Below, one piece after another: positions 38,770 through 52,783 of a stretch of 64,000 bases of DNA. Source of the stretch: Sphagnum compactum (taxonomy: Eukaryota); the NCBI GenBank assembly GCA_965153455.1, contig OZ234493.1:29812213-29876212 (forward strand), in the 5' to 3' direction. How positions within the stretch are numbered: the stretch's first letter is position 1; each line of letters starts with the position of its first letter. The notes beneath the pieces were generated by a model, which had not been told where the DNA came from, did no database searches, and saw nothing but the letters and a program-made list of their open reading frames with translations. A program made the position numbers and the translations under genes.

Positions 38770-39195
38770 GAGATGACAATGAGTTGGGAGCCTCCCAGCT
38801 TGTTGTCGTCTTCTGCAATTGATGAAAGAAAACCAAGAGATGACGACGAGCCGGGAGGCTCATCATCGTCTTCTGCACCTAAGAAAAAAACTAAGAAATG
38901 ACGACAAGCTTCCTGGCTCGCCATCATCTGCTACACCTAGGAAAAAAAACAAAGAGATGACGACAAGCTAGGGAGGCTCGCCGTCATCTACTACATCTAA
39001 GAAAAAAAACAAAGAAATGACAATGAGCCAGGGAGGCTCGTCGTCATTTGCTACACCTGAAAAAAAAAAAAAAAGATGATGACGAGCCTCTTGGTTCATC
39101 ATCATCTTCTACACTTGAAGAGGGAAAAAAACAAAGGAATGACGACAAGCCAAGGAGGTTCGCCATCATCTGCTACATCTAAGAAGAAAAACAAC
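38770..39195. repeat. Tandem array of 7 ~60-bp hairpin-forming units; 1-2 more units at 37890-37971
   Basis: Unit: RRATGACGACRAGCY-loop-GGCTCRYCRTCRTYT-GCTACACCT-A-rich linker. Confidence 0.85.
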
Positions 39196-41699
39196 AGTGA
39201 AAAAGAAGCAAAGAAAAAAAAGAGTTGATGTACACTTACTTGCCATAGATGCATTAGTTATTTTTTGGAGGAGCGTTTTCTGCAACACCACTTCAACACC
39301 GCTTCTACAAAATTGCTTCAACACCACCTTTGCAACATTGTCTTTTGCAGTAGCACTTCAACATCACTTCTGTAGCACCGTCTTCTGCAGCATCGCTTTT
39401 GCTCTTGAGTGGCAGCGAGGTTTAGGGTTTTTGGTGGGGTGGAGGTAGGTAGTTGGGGTTTGAAATGCTTGGGTAGTCGAATAGAATTTTTTCATGGATA
39501 GCCTTGAAGTAAGTGAGGGAAAAAAAATTTGACCCAACCTTCATGCCTGCAGCAGATCCAATAATTGGGATGAACTTAAGTTCATCCCAAACGGAATTGG
39601 TACAGTCATGGGGGCTGGGTCACTCCGGCCCAAAACCTCTACTTCTCCCCTTACCTATTTACTTTTTATCTTTGTTTAGCTAAACCTTTATTTGTGCACA
39701 AAACTTTTGTTTCCTATTGGCTAAACCTTTATCATTCAATAACACCTCTTTATTTTTTGGGTAAACCTCTATCTTTTTGCAAAGCTTATTTCTTTATTGC
39801 TAAACTTTTACTTCTCAACATAAAACTTATCTACTTTTTGGCTAAACCTTTACATCTTGGAAAAAAAATTATGCTTCTTAACTAGACCTCTATTTTTCAA
39901 CCAAACCTAAGCTTTTTGTTTTCTTGTCAAAACCTCCACCTTGGCAAAACCTTTATTTCTTGTTCACTAAACATTTTCATTTCAACAAAACCTTTTAATT
40001 TCCTAGCTAAACCTTTGCTTTTCAACAAAAAAATTCTACTTCTTGGCTAACTCATTAAATTTTGACAAAACATCTCCATTTCCTAATTAAGCCTTTATGT
40101 TTCAACAAAACCTACCTACCCACCCATCATTATATGTACCTAGCACTTGCACTTTTTAAATTTCAATCGATGAAATTATAACATAAAATGTAAATATTGC
40201 AAAAAAAACCCCACTAATAGTTATTTTAATCATATTTAAACCCTTGGTAACAATAAATTTTAACCCCAAATGTGCACAATCAATTTTACAACATTGGTTT
40301 CATAACTTCACTTCCACTTTTGGCTATTTAATGCAAGGTGTACTTAATTTATTTAAGCAATATGTAATAGATTGAACAATTTGATGTGCTTATTTAAATG
40401 ATGTATTAAACAATACAGTTTACATTTAGGTTCTTTTCATAACAAATAATTATGGATCTAGTCAATCCTAAATTAGATTTCGGGGTGAAATTTTCATTTA
40501 AACATATATGGAATAAAATATTCATTTTATCTCTTATGAAGGGGAGTGGAAAAAGTTTCACTCAAGTTTTTCATTCAATTAATAATTTTAAAACATAATG
40601 AATAATTAGTTACAACCATAAAACTTTTTTTTTGCATTTGTGTATATTTGTAAACTTGTTAATGTTAATGGCATCTATTCTAATTATTTAAGGTTTTGTG
40701 TATCTTTTTAGTTAATCAGTTTTAAAATCGAAGGTTAATTCTTACACTCATTAATTTAAAATGCAAGGAATAATTAAATGTAATCGTAAAAAAAATACAT
40801 CTATATACATTTGTAATTTTTTAATATTTACGTTTACCATTAAAATTAATTAGGGTTTTTTGTATTTATTTTTGTATTTAATTACCTTTAAAATCTAAGG
40901 TTAATTCTTCCATTCATTTTTTTTTTTCATTTGATTAAATTAAAATTTTCAAGCATAATTAATTATTGTAAAAAATCATTTACATATGTTTTTATAATTA
41001 TTAAGGTTGCTCAAGGCATTTATAATTAGGATTTTTTAGGGTTTTGTATGATGCAATATTTGCATCAACCTTAAACCACCTTGTTTAAAATGGTTTGGAA
41101 TTCCCAAAACCAACTGCAAATATTACATTAAAGAAATGGATTTGTCTTATGCAATACCTACACATGGGTGTCAATGAAAATAATGTTATTTTAGTTCACA
41201 AGTTAGTTAGTTGAAAACATAGTCCCAAAATGCAATACATGCATATACCTTCAAATTGAACTTAGGAAAGATGATAAAAACCTAATAAATCAATACCTAT
41301 TTTGTGACCGATCTACAAGTATTGAAGATTTTTCCTAGAATGTCAGTGCATATTCCATGACCCAAGTATTGCACATGATTATAAAAGCCTAATGTGTATT
41401 GAGTGCCCATATGTGAGTATTTGCAAATTTTTACTCACATGAAGATTTTACAAAACATTTAAATGTAGGTATTGTCTAAGAATGCAAATGTGAAATTATA
41501 ATGCAATAATATAACATGATTTGAACCCAAAACAAAAAAAATTATCAAAATATCAAAATTGATTTACATATATCTAGATGTCGTAGGGGATCATGTCTTC
41601 AAATGCAAACCTTACCTTCGTAGGTGATGGCTACCTAATTTGAGCATTTTCATTGGTTACATGAAAATTCCATTTCTTAACATGTTTGTTACCATTTTC

Positions 41700-42150
41700 C
41701 ACCTAGGCCAATGGAAGGAAAGGGGACTATGGGTGCATAGTTGATATAGTGTGACACATATTAATTAGTTGTGGGGACCCCAAAAGTTCAATTTTTTTCT
41801 TTTGTCATGAGCATCTTTGATTGGCCCATGACAAAAACAGGCAATCAAATCCCAAAATAGATATATTATAATTTCTTCCTTTTGGGTTTTTTTATATAGC
41901 TTACAAAAGTAGGATTTAGGGCAAAGGATAAATGAGGTTGGGAACATGTTGGGAATCAATTAAAAATTTAATGGAAACACAATGAAAACTTGATGGGAAT
42001 ACATTGGGGACAAGAAAAATCCAAAAAATCCAACAACCTTCTTTAAAACAAAAAAAAAATTGGGCCCCGTGGGTGCATGTTAGTTGACTTTTTTGGTTGC
42101 CCATAATTTATATGCATGCCTTTGTTCTCAACAATTTTTGGCCTAGGCTA
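41700..42150. repeat. Non-coding interspersed repeat, copy 2 (inverted relative to 1672-2101)
   Basis: The reverse complement shares ATTAGCCTAGGCCAAA, CCCAACATGTTCCC and ATGGGCCAAT..GCTCAT..CTAATTAA with copy 1. Confidence 0.6.
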
Positions 42151-42199
42151 ATGACAAGGACATGAACTATAGGACATAGGTATTAATATCATAGGCTAG

Positions 42200-43850
42200 T
42201 CATTAGGTGAAAAGGAAAAAATTGTGCCCAATGAAGTTGGTCAAACAAGTGCTTTGAATTGTTTTTTAACATATTCGTTTCAAAAATAAAATACAATTAA
42301 GTTGCACATAATAGACTTGTGCCTAGGGATGAAAAAGGCTATATAGCAAGTTAGATTATTAGAATGGGATATTTGGACTATTTCTAGGACTTAACTTTTG
42401 ATGTGGTAATAGAATCATAGGCTTGTTCCTTGGTGCAAAGAAAAAATAAGTGGCCAATGAAATTGCTCAAATAAGCGCCTTGGTTTGTCATTAAAAGATG
42501 ACTTAAAACAATAAAGTAATTGCAAGGTTTACATAATAAATTAGCATGCCTAAGGATGCGAAATCCTATATTATCACCAATGAGATCTTTGACCTATTTG
42601 AAGGACTTAAATTCTAGTGTTATGATCACATCTAAATAAGGTTGTCCCTAAGTGCAAAGGCAAAATGTGGCCAATGGGATTGCTTGAACAAATGCTTTGA
42701 TTTATTTTTTAAAGATGTTTCAAAACAATTAGGTATTGGCAACGTTTGCATAATAATTTTGTGCCTAGAAACAAGAAAGCCTATATGGACAATCATATTG
42801 TTAGAATGAAAAAAATTCCTTAATTTTTTAAGTTAAGGGTAAAAGCATGATTAAGTGGTCCCAAACTGACATTTTAAAATTCAATTTTTACACTAACTAA
42901 AATTGTCACATTGCAACATTTAACAAATTATGTTATTCAATGTGCATTCCCCTATGCTTATGGTTAAAATATTGATAAACTACTTAATATACATTTGTAA
43001 ACATGTGATTGATAAAAAAATCCATGTGAAAGCTTGGAATTTTGAATGTGAAATGAACTTTCAATTAGTATAATCATGTAATTTTTGTAAATTAATTTTT
43101 TAGACCAAGATTTCTTATATTGGGAGAGTTTCAATGCATTTTATTTTTACACACATCATTTGAAGTGAGACTATTTTTTTATTTCAATTTTGACACTATT
43201 TTGTCATGTTTTTTTAATTCACATGTAAATCTTCTATGCATGACATAAATAATGTCATTATTTGAAATTTTCATTATGAATCCATTCTTTTCTTAAAACT
43301 CATCCAGAGGTCCAACCACGTTGTTCAGAGCCACATTAAGCCCCTTAAACCTTTGTTTTTCTATTGTTTTTCATTAACATTTTCTAATATGATTCTCATT
43401 AAAGTCTAAATTGCAACATGTAAAATTGACAATGTTAATTTTAAATATGACTTTAAATTTTTAGTTCATTTATAATTTAGAAAAAACTAACTATAGGACA
43501 ATACACATTGTTTCACTATTTGTGCTTTCTAAATAGGCTTGTCTCCAACTAATTAAAAATATGTGACCAATGACATTGCAAAAAGAGGTGCTTCGATTTA
43601 GTTTTAAAAGATGCCTTAAAACATTTAGGTACTTACAAGGTCTACATAGATAATGGACTTGTGCCTAAGGATTGAAAAGCTTATATGGTCAATCAAGTTG
43701 TTAGAATGAAATCTTCAGCTTTTGAAAAAAAATTAACTTCTAGTTTGCAATAGCATCTAAATATGCTTATCCCTAGGTACAAAAAAGAAATGTGGCCAAT
43801 GAAATTGCTTGAATAAATGCCTTGGTTTGTTTTTAAAAGAACCCTTAATG
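42200..43850. repeat. Diverged ~220-bp tandem repeat (5 units), interrupted by an unrelated AT-rich block at ~42830-43520
   Basis: GTG(G/C/A)CCAATG..TTG anchors at ~42223, 42450, 42667, 43563 and 43792, each followed by similar GTGCCTA(A/G)G and TTAGAATG segments. Confidence 0.7.
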
Positions 43851-43929
43851 TTGTTACATTTTATGAGAACTTGCAACATGCCTATGGCATGCACAACTAA
43901 AATGCTTCCAAGATCTAAAATTGTGATGA

Positions 43930-45200
43930 ATTTGGTGCATAATCAAGTCATAATGGTGGTGCCCTTGTGCTTGCCAAGACTGGATTAGAAACAATATACT
44001 TGATTATTCCAAATGAAAGAGAATGGTTGTCTATATTGTCTTGCATCAACCCATAAGGTGTTCAAATCTTCAATTCTTACATCTTCAAAGGTAAACAATT
44101 TAAACATAATTACATTGAACATTATGAACCTAAATCTACCATATCTATGCAACTTAAAGGCATGAATGACTACGTGTTTGTTTTCCACATGGATTTTCCA
44201 CATCATTCCAATAGTGCAAGCATGTGCAAACAACATGTCAATAAAAAATAGACACTTATTGATTCTTGATTGTCACAATTCTTATGTCATTACTGATGTA
44301 ATTTAGGTAGCAAGAAGAGAGCGATTAGACTTAATCATGTTGCCATCACACACATCCCATGCACTATAACCATTATAAGCTTTTTGTTTTAGGCCACTCA
44401 AACGACTTTAAAATAGAGATTTTTGGATTTTAACAAACAAGGGGAAAGGTGTGATCAAGAAAGAGGATTTGTCACAATGGGTTTCATTAGCCCTTAAGAA
44501 AGCTTTGACCCCTCACAACATTCGAAAGGGTTTTGAAATGACTACCATATGGTCATTGATTCCTAACACCATAGCAAGTAAGATTCACCCTTCAAAAAGC
44601 TTTAAAAAATGTAAAAAGCAATTGATGTAATGGATGTTGTTGAGGATTTACAAATATAGGAGGTTTTGGGAAAGGATTTAAAAGGAATGCAAAAAGATTT
44701 TACATGCCATTATTTTGTCAATATAAAAGGAACAAGGGTAAATGGACCCACATCTTCTAAGGATGTTGCATCATGTTTGGCAAGTAGCTAGCAGAAATCA
44801 AAGGTCACCAAACTTGATAGATAGTGATAATCAAGGGTCATCAATGATGCTAACAAATTTCATGCATGGCCATCAAACACGATGTAATTCGCAATAGTGC
44901 CATCCATTACATACCTAATCTCTTGATTTTTTAAAGGTTGAGATTTTTCAACCTTAGAAGCAACCATGTGAAGAACCTCTAATTGAGTACACTAAGTCAA
45001 TCATGATGATTTTAGAACATTATGTAATACCTTTAAAAAAAAAGGCAATTAGGAAAGAAATAATTACCAAAGATAGAAAATGTACGAGACAAAAACAACT
45101 TTTAAACAAGGAAAGAAATGTGTTCGAAAAAGTAGACAAAAAGAAAGACACAATGATGACTCTTGGACAAAGACGATAAGAGAAGGTTCGATAAAACTTA
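43930..45200 (+). mobile_element. Relic pogo/Fot1-type (Tc1/mariner superfamily, DDE_1) transposase
   Basis: From ~44250 it reads RHLLILDCHNSYVITDVI*VARRERLDLIMLPSHTSHAL*PL*AFCFRPLK, matching the LLILDGH.SH..LP.HTSH.LQPLDV..F.P.K pattern. Multiple stops. Confidence 0.8.
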
Positions 45201-47221
45201 GTTCACAAAGAACATTACAATTCATGGTGATACATTCCATGTAACAATTTGAGCCCAAGTCTTCATGATACAACTCATGGTGATACATTCCATGTAACGA
45301 TTTGAGCCCATGTATTCATGCATCAATTTGAGCATCAAAACCTCATGTTGTGATTTTTTTGTTCATTGTGGTCCGAATGCTCATCACCATTGCCAAAATA
45401 ATTTTTCGAGCACCATTGCTGAGAAATACATCTCACAAGAACAAAGGTATGATGCGAAAAGTGAGTAGTTGTTCCTATAGTTGAAACAACTTGTTTCCAC
45501 ACGTTACACCAATTAGCAATGATTAACATTAAGTTACACTTCTATCAAAGTTGGGTTTCTCATGTATCCAATCAAGGCAAGTGCCATGTTGTAATTTTGA
45601 TCAACTGCAAGTCATTAAAAAACTTGATTGAATCCATTAGGGATGATTACCCACTTTTTTCTGCATCTTCCTCTCGATGATGGCCACCTTGGGTACAAAC
45701 TAAAATTCTTTAAAGATACACTGCTCCTCTGGGAGAGTGGGAGTGCGCAAAAGAGTGAGGAGTCCGGACGGTATGAGTGCCTGGAAAAGTGCATTCGCAT
45801 AGAGTCAACTGGCAGGAGAAATGCCGAGATGCTAAATACTTCTCTCCCCCCCCCCCCCAAATCGAGCACTGTCCAGCGCCCTTTCAGGGCCTGACAGTGC
45901 AGCCCTGCGGAGAAGCGTGTGGTTCTGCGGCAGGGTTTGACTGTGGAAGTTATTGAAATAGAAAAGAAAGCACCTGCATCTCTAGATTCATTGTTGGTGG
46001 ATTCAGATTTAAAGGTCGCGTGATGTCAAGCGACAAAAACAGTACTTTAAAATATGCAATAGTACTCAATAGCTTTGTTGGAAATCAAGTGGAAGGTGGA
46101 AAACAAGGGAAGAGATTCATTCGCTAGACATCTCCAGCTAATAAGACCACATGACTCATGAGTTGTGTTGAGCAACCCTCAACTCTCTACCCTGTAATTC
46201 ATATCCAAATGCATTATACTTGTCATCATGTGCTTTCTTCCCTGCTCCATTCGATCCAAGTAAATGATCATACCATATAACTGTAGCATCCACGGTTTTC
46301 TAACGTGAGTCAGTCACAATTGACTTCATGTAAGTAGAAGTCTCTCGAAGCCCTCGTTCCCAGGCACTTCAAAACACAGAAGGGCCTCAAAGACCAGGGA
46401 GTTTTTTACATGAAAGTTTCACCATTTTTTTCTTTTTCTTTCCGCTGTTTCAAATCTCTTTCTGCAATGATCCAATTTGCTTCCATTCCAGGATTGTTCA
46501 ATTTATCTAGTACTTGAACAGTAACATTTACCTCCCCCCACCAACTCTGCTGGGCCTCACTTTGGCTTTGCACAAATGACAAGCACACCACATTCTAAGA
46601 AGCAGTAATTTAATAGGTCTATGCTACAGACGTCAGTGCAATGATTAATGGATGCAGTCAAATACTCTAACAACATTTGACACCCACAGTCTGAGGTTTT
46701 GGCACTTTTCCCACTTGGTTGTCAACACACTCTTTGCTCCTGTTGCACCCTCTCCTCCACCCACCCTTCATTGATTGTCAACAGTGTCCCAATTCCAATT
46801 GTATAAGTACTACTCACCTCGCAGCAATGCTTGTGAGTCATGACATGAATTCCACTTCACTTTGATCAATTGGTGATCTGAGCATAAAGTTAGTTCATAA
46901 AGTTCATGAACATCTTTGTTCATTATTGGCCACCAATCATTGACATCAAGAATCTTCCTCACAGTAATGTCCAAGGAAATATGCCTTCCCCAAACTCCAC
47001 TGTGCAGTTCCTATAATATAATTGGCACCTATTATGGTTGCAAAACATGATGAAACTTGTTGTCTTGTCCAAATATGTAAAGAACTCTATCTTGTAACAC
47101 CATTTCAAAGGCAACATGCACAGATTATGAATATCAAGGCATGATAGTGATAAACCACTTGATCAGCAGGTCAGCTAATGATTAGCAACTAGTGTGGTTG
47201 GTTTTTCTAAGGAAGGGTGAG

Positions 47222-50200
47222 ATGGGTTTGTTGCAGTTTCGGGCATGTGCTGGATTTTTGATATTAGTGTTGGAGGTGATATTTAATCTTGGTGAAGCTT
47301 GGGGGGCTGATCTTGCTGATTTGGTAACCAATTTGCCTGGACAGCCTCCGGTGAATTTCAAGCAGTATGCAGGTTATGTGACAGTGAATGAATCTCATGG
47401 GACGGCGCTGTTTTACTGGTTTGTGGAAGCTGACCAAAAGGACCCTGCTTTGCTTCCCTTGGTATTTTGGTTCTCTGGAGGTGAGAGGGGACAAAATGAG
47501 TAGAATTGTGTTTGTGTTGATGGTCTCAATATGGATTTGTTGTGTATGTGTGTGTGCTGAACACTCAGAGAATTCTAGAGTTGCAACAAGTTCTTATCTA
47601 TTTTCTAGCAATAAAGAATTGCACAAAATAAGAGTCATGTTCAAGTTGCTGCAAAATTGCTGGTGAGGGCCCAAGAAATTTTCAAGGGATTGGGAGTACA
47701 CAGGTTCATGATCAAAGTTGTGTGATGCTAGTGCAGGACCTGGATGCTCATCTATAGGGGTTGGATTTTTACAAGAGATTGGCCCATTCTTTACCAACGC
47801 AAATGGCACTGGACTTATTCGCAACAAGCATACGTGGAATAAATGTTGGTTAATTCATGAGCACCCAACTATTTTGTTCTGAGTTTAATCCCTTGTTTGA
47901 CATTGGATCCTTCTTGAATCACAATTTCTTTGTTCTGGATTATCCAATAGTCTTTTGATCACCCAAACAGACTCTCCTGCATGAATTCCTCAGTCTGTAT
48001 CAACTTGACTGCTCCCCCTTTCTTACCATTTATGTGTAGACCTGCAGATCAACAATAAGAGTTATGTCCAATGTGAAGCCCTTTTGTACAATCAAACAAA
48101 TGTGCATAACAATCATTGGTCCATACTAACTCAGCATTAGTATTTGCATGTGGAAAGATCATTCTTGTTGAGTCAATGATTAAGTCTTGTCCATAGTTTG
48201 GTAGCCAATGTAGATAGCATATTTGTAATGTGAATGTTAACTTTATAAAAGTCAAGATTGACTGTGAAAGTTATCTTTCTTCCATGGAAGTACCATTGAA
48301 TAGTTTGTTTGGACAATGACCAATTTCATCAGATGCCAACATTGTGTTTGTGGATTCGCCCAGTGGCACGGGCTACTCCTATTCAAATACAACTTCAGAT
48401 TATTCAGTTTTCACAGACCAGTCAACAGGTACGAATTTCCTGGCTTTATCATGCAGCTTAATTATCAATCTTTCTGAGAAGAGTGATATCTTAGACAGTT
48501 TCCTCAGTATCTCATGAGGATATCTGAAACTTTGCAGAAGAGATTTTCTCTTTGTGACAGAATAGACTAGTGCAATTGGCAATACTCCACGTTTTATTTT
48601 TGGTTGGCAGCTGAAGACAACCTTGCATTTACTCTCGGGTGGTTTGCAAAATTTCCTGAGTACAAGAAAAACAATTTCTACTTAACGGGTGAAAGCTTTT
48701 CAGGTACACCTCCTAAACCTCCCAAAAAAAGACCTTCAGCATGCCTCCAGGATTTAGGAGTTTCATATTGAAATCTGGCAACTGTTTTGTTGACCAAGGA
48801 TTTGAACCTGATATATTGTCGTGCTTAAGTTATCTCTTTATCATTTCAGTCACCAAATGATCACTATATGTGGGTTGAATTTTGGCTACCGATTTTGCTT
48901 CCAAGTAGGTCATCAATTCAGGGAAAGGTTGGTTGATCAGAACAAAATTTACATGATCTGCTAGGAGAGCAAAGTGATCTACCATCATATTTTGAAGTTT
49001 TATCTTGGCATGTTATTGTGCTTGGCTTCTTTGTTTGGGACCTTCTGTTTCTTAAGTTTCACTTAATTCGCTAGCTGTGTTCATATGCCCTTCTATTGAT
49101 TTCTCTTACTGGAAACACTTTCCCCATCAAAAAATCTAATTCTGATATGAAATCTAGCTCTGTGATTAATTGTGTGGGGAATGCAATGGCAGGCCACTTT
49201 CTACCAGAACTGGCTGAACAAATAGTACTTTACAATGAAAAGCCTGGACTAGACTGCAAGATCAACTTCAAAGGGTTTGCGGTACATAATCACTTCTCAC
49301 AATGTGATGGCAAATGAATGGTTGTTCAAAAGTTCAGGGTATAATTTTAGGATGTAACAGCTTGGCATATATTGGGTTTATGTTTAGTTTTAGAGATGTT
49401 GGAAAGAATCAAACCATAATGATTAGGGAGACATTTTGTATTCAATGGTGAAAGATCATACACTTGTACCAACTATGGCATAATTTTTTTCAAGAAGCCC
49501 CATTTGGTTAAGTCCTTGAGATTGAGAACGATTTGCAGGTTGGAAATGCTTTGACAGATGGATATTCTGACAATCTTGGGATCATTGAGTTCTACTACTA
49601 TCATTCCCTCATCTCCGATCAAACATACACCACGTTAATTCAAAATTGTAACTTCAGTGTTGATGGCCCAACAGTTGACTCCGTCCCCAATGCAACGTGT
49701 GATAATGCTGTAGACTATGTATATGGTGTGGAGGTGGCAGAGATCAATCCTTACAACATCTACGGCTTGAACTGCAACCCGCCTGCCACTACAAATCGAC
49801 CTGCCTTCATTAAGGTGCCAAAGACCTGTCTTGAAGGACTATTCATCATTCTCTTAGACATGAAAAGGGCTTGAAACGCTTGACGTCTAGGACTGGAAAA
49901 GGAGCAGAAATCTGATAGTTGCGGTAACTTTTTGCAGAGAGTGAATATGATTCGATTTGCTGGGGTGAACCCGTGCCCCCCTGACACCGTAACACCATAT
50001 CTGAACCTACCTGCTGTGAAGGCTGCACTTCATGCAAGGCAGGATATTGAATGGACAGTGTGCAGGTTTGGATTTTGTTCCCCCCTCCCTTTTTGGTTTG
50101 AAACTCTATTCATGAGACTAAATTTTTACACACCTGTAACTAATGAATCAAAAATTTGATACACTTGCAACAGCTGTAAATCAAATAATCCTGCCAAAGT

Positions 50201-51513
50201 TGTCTCAACTGTCATAGTATATTTGACAGAAGTCCCAGATTGGGTCCCTAGGGTTCAACTGAAGGTCAGGAGCAAACTTTTTGAGGTTTATGTGAACACT
50301 GGATCATTAAGATAGGCTAGTACTTAAGCAATTGATTTGATTCTCGCTATTTCTATGTGGCAGTAACATTGTATATGACAATTATAGCAGACCAGACTTC
50401 ACAAGATCTATTCTTCCTTTCTATCGCTTTCTTCTCACGAAGGACCTCAGGATATGGGTCTACAGGTACTCTGTCAAAAGAATCCCCAAACCCTGTACCT
50501 TGGGTTGGTAATCTGATTACTTTCACTGGATAGATTAAAGGGGACAAAGCTGGACAGAAGAGAGTCGAATGATTTCTGGTTGTTTTCTTCACTAAGATCA
50601 CAAGGATCGGGGACCAAGAGTAGACATGAATTAATTTAATCATGGGAAGTTTGTGTCTTGGATGTGTAGTGGAGACGTGGATGGAGTAGTACCCATAACA
50701 GGGACACGGATATGGCTTGCAAAATTGAACCTGCCAATTGAGACAGCTTGGTACCCATGGAACCACTCTAGTCAGGTTTGTACACTTGCTTGTACTATGA
50801 ACTTTTGTTTGCGGGAACTTGTATACCAAACCTTTGACAGATTGGTGCTCACAGGAGTTTCACCCCCACTTTTGTATTTGCCTTACCTTGAGCCTTCATT
50901 GCTGCTCATTCTCTTCATTAAATCAAGTGTTGTCCAAACAATTTTTTTCAAATCTTGTGAAGTGATATCCAGTTGCATTAAACTGTACCCAACTCCACTA
51001 ACTTTTCAGATACACTCAGATTGCAGTGGCAGTGAATTCAGGGTCAAACTAGGACTTTACTGCAAACTCTAATATCAAAATGTTCAAAATTGGTACTTTA
51101 AGAGTTTAGAGTCCAGACCGTAAACTCTTTCCAAAATTTCATCATTTTGTTGAAAACTGTAAATTATTTATCAGCAGCAGGTACAGTATGCAAAATAAAC
51201 TGGTCTGCTTGACAAACTCATGCCACTTCATGAATTCATGAGAGTGGAACAAAAGATTGATTCATGACATAAAGCCCATAATTTTGCCATGTCTACTTGG
51301 GTACTATTGGAGTTTTGAGTTGGATATTAAAATGGTGATTACTTCCATATGTTCCAGGTTGGTGGGTGGTCACAAGTATACACCAATTTAACATTTACTA
51401 CAGTAAGGGACTCAGGTCACCAAGTTCCTTTGTACCAGCCAGGGCGAGCCCTTCAATTGTTCAAATATTTCCTCAAAGGCCAACCTCTTCCTGGCTTTGA
51501 TTACAAAAATTAA
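47222..51513 (+). CDS. Serine carboxypeptidase-like protein (peptidase S10, clade II type), 10 exons
   Basis: Exons: 47222-47480, 47737-47844, 48333-48428, 48611-48703, 49193-49281, 49539-49813, 49938-50065, 50364-50465, 50670-50775, 51358-51513, all GT-AG. Signal-peptide-like N-terminus. Motifs [40 protein letters not shown]. Catalytic Ser GESFSGH, Asp SGDVDGVVP, His DSGHQVP. Confidence 0.95.
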
Positions 51514-52783
51514 GGAGCCTACAAGCTAGAATCATCTAAAAATAAAATCATCGCAGCAAACGCTGGGTGCAATTATAGTAACCTCGTACTAGATGAGGTG
51601 TTGGTAGTATGATCTGCCCTGAAATCTGGGAGTGAAGTCAAATTCAATTTTTAACTCTCCAGATGTATTTACTCTGAGGTAAAATTTTACAATAAGTTGT
51701 CGGCATTCAATTCGGTGGTTGCATGTGTTTTCAAGCCAAATGTTGATTCTTTCATCAACTGCACTTAGTTTGTTGCTCATGAAAAAGCACAGGTCACGAT
51801 AGCAATTAAGACATTCTGTGGTAGCTGAGAATTAATGATGTGATCACACTCATCGCTGTTCATGGGGATCTCTATTCTTTGCACTCAGCGTAACACCAAG
51901 TTGTAGGATCAGAATCTTCAACCCCCTGATATTTGTTTATCACTACCAAACTTCACTCTTTTCAGAAATACAAAATTGTTCTGCATTCTCTGAAAGTTGA
52001 TTGGGAAGGGCATGCTTGGGAACATTTTGTACCTCAGCAAGTTCCATGCAATAATATATCATTCCTAAACCAAGGGCACATGGGGAGTTCACAATTAAGT
52101 ATATGATTGATAACCATATACTTTACCGTCTGGAGTCCATGTAGGCTGACCTGTATGATTCAGTAATACACATTGGGATCTTGAAGCAGCTTCCCTTCCT
52201 TAAGCTGGAAATATCCTCAACAGTTAATTGCACCTAATACCTGGTTCACAGTTGCAAATACATGAAAGATGAGACATTGCTCACTGCACAGACATTATTA
52301 CAGGAGCCACCATGCAGTCAGTTGCAACAAAGCATGGAAAGCATTGAGATATCACCAGGTGTATACAATGGAGACTTTGTAAATTCTGTTCTGAGTTACA
52401 GGATGACCTCAAGGTCGAATAACTTTGAAGTATACTGTCTATGTACAACTACTGTTCAGTGCTTTGTTGAAGGAACATAACAGTGAGTACTGAGTCAGGT
52501 TGTGTTCATCCATCATGGACCTGTATGCCCTAACAGCTGCTGACAGAATAGAAACAACTCCTTGCTCCCAGAGGAATGATTGAATTCCTGAAAAGGATCA
52601 TTCTCCCTCAAATTTTGTCCTTCTGCTGATCTCACCTCACATTTCCTTTCTGAATTGCTCTTGCCTTTCAAAAATACCCTTCTTAGTTTCATTTGAGTGG
52701 TTGATGATGTTCTCTGATTGGAGTGGCCTTCCTTTTACCATTCTGACAAATGTGAACAGGAAGTGTTCAGCAAAACCAGTGGT

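Larger units (their letters stand above)
35426..39630. mobile_element. Third copy (C) nested inside copy B, with a 9-bp TSD (Mutator-like)
   Basis: TSD CAAAACCTC at 35417-35425 and 39631-39639. The degenerate left TIR ACCCAAAGTCAACCAGCCCCCATGATTGCACTAGTT is inverted to the right TIR AATTGGTACAGTCATGGGGGCTGGGTCACTCCGGCC. Confidence 0.75.
35124..41100. mobile_element. Second copy (B) of the same TIR family; right end not identified, so the end coordinate is approximate
   Basis: GAGTGAACCAGCACCCACCAATGCACCAATTGGCC..ATAGGATGGG..TTAACCAACATTGTACCAC from ~35129 matches the left end of element A. CTAAACC arrays resume after 39639. Confidence 0.6.

Noticed and set aside
38770..39195. CRISPR array
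   Set aside because: Linkers are homologous rather than unique spacers, the repeats are degenerate, there are no cas genes, and the context is a eukaryotic transposon.
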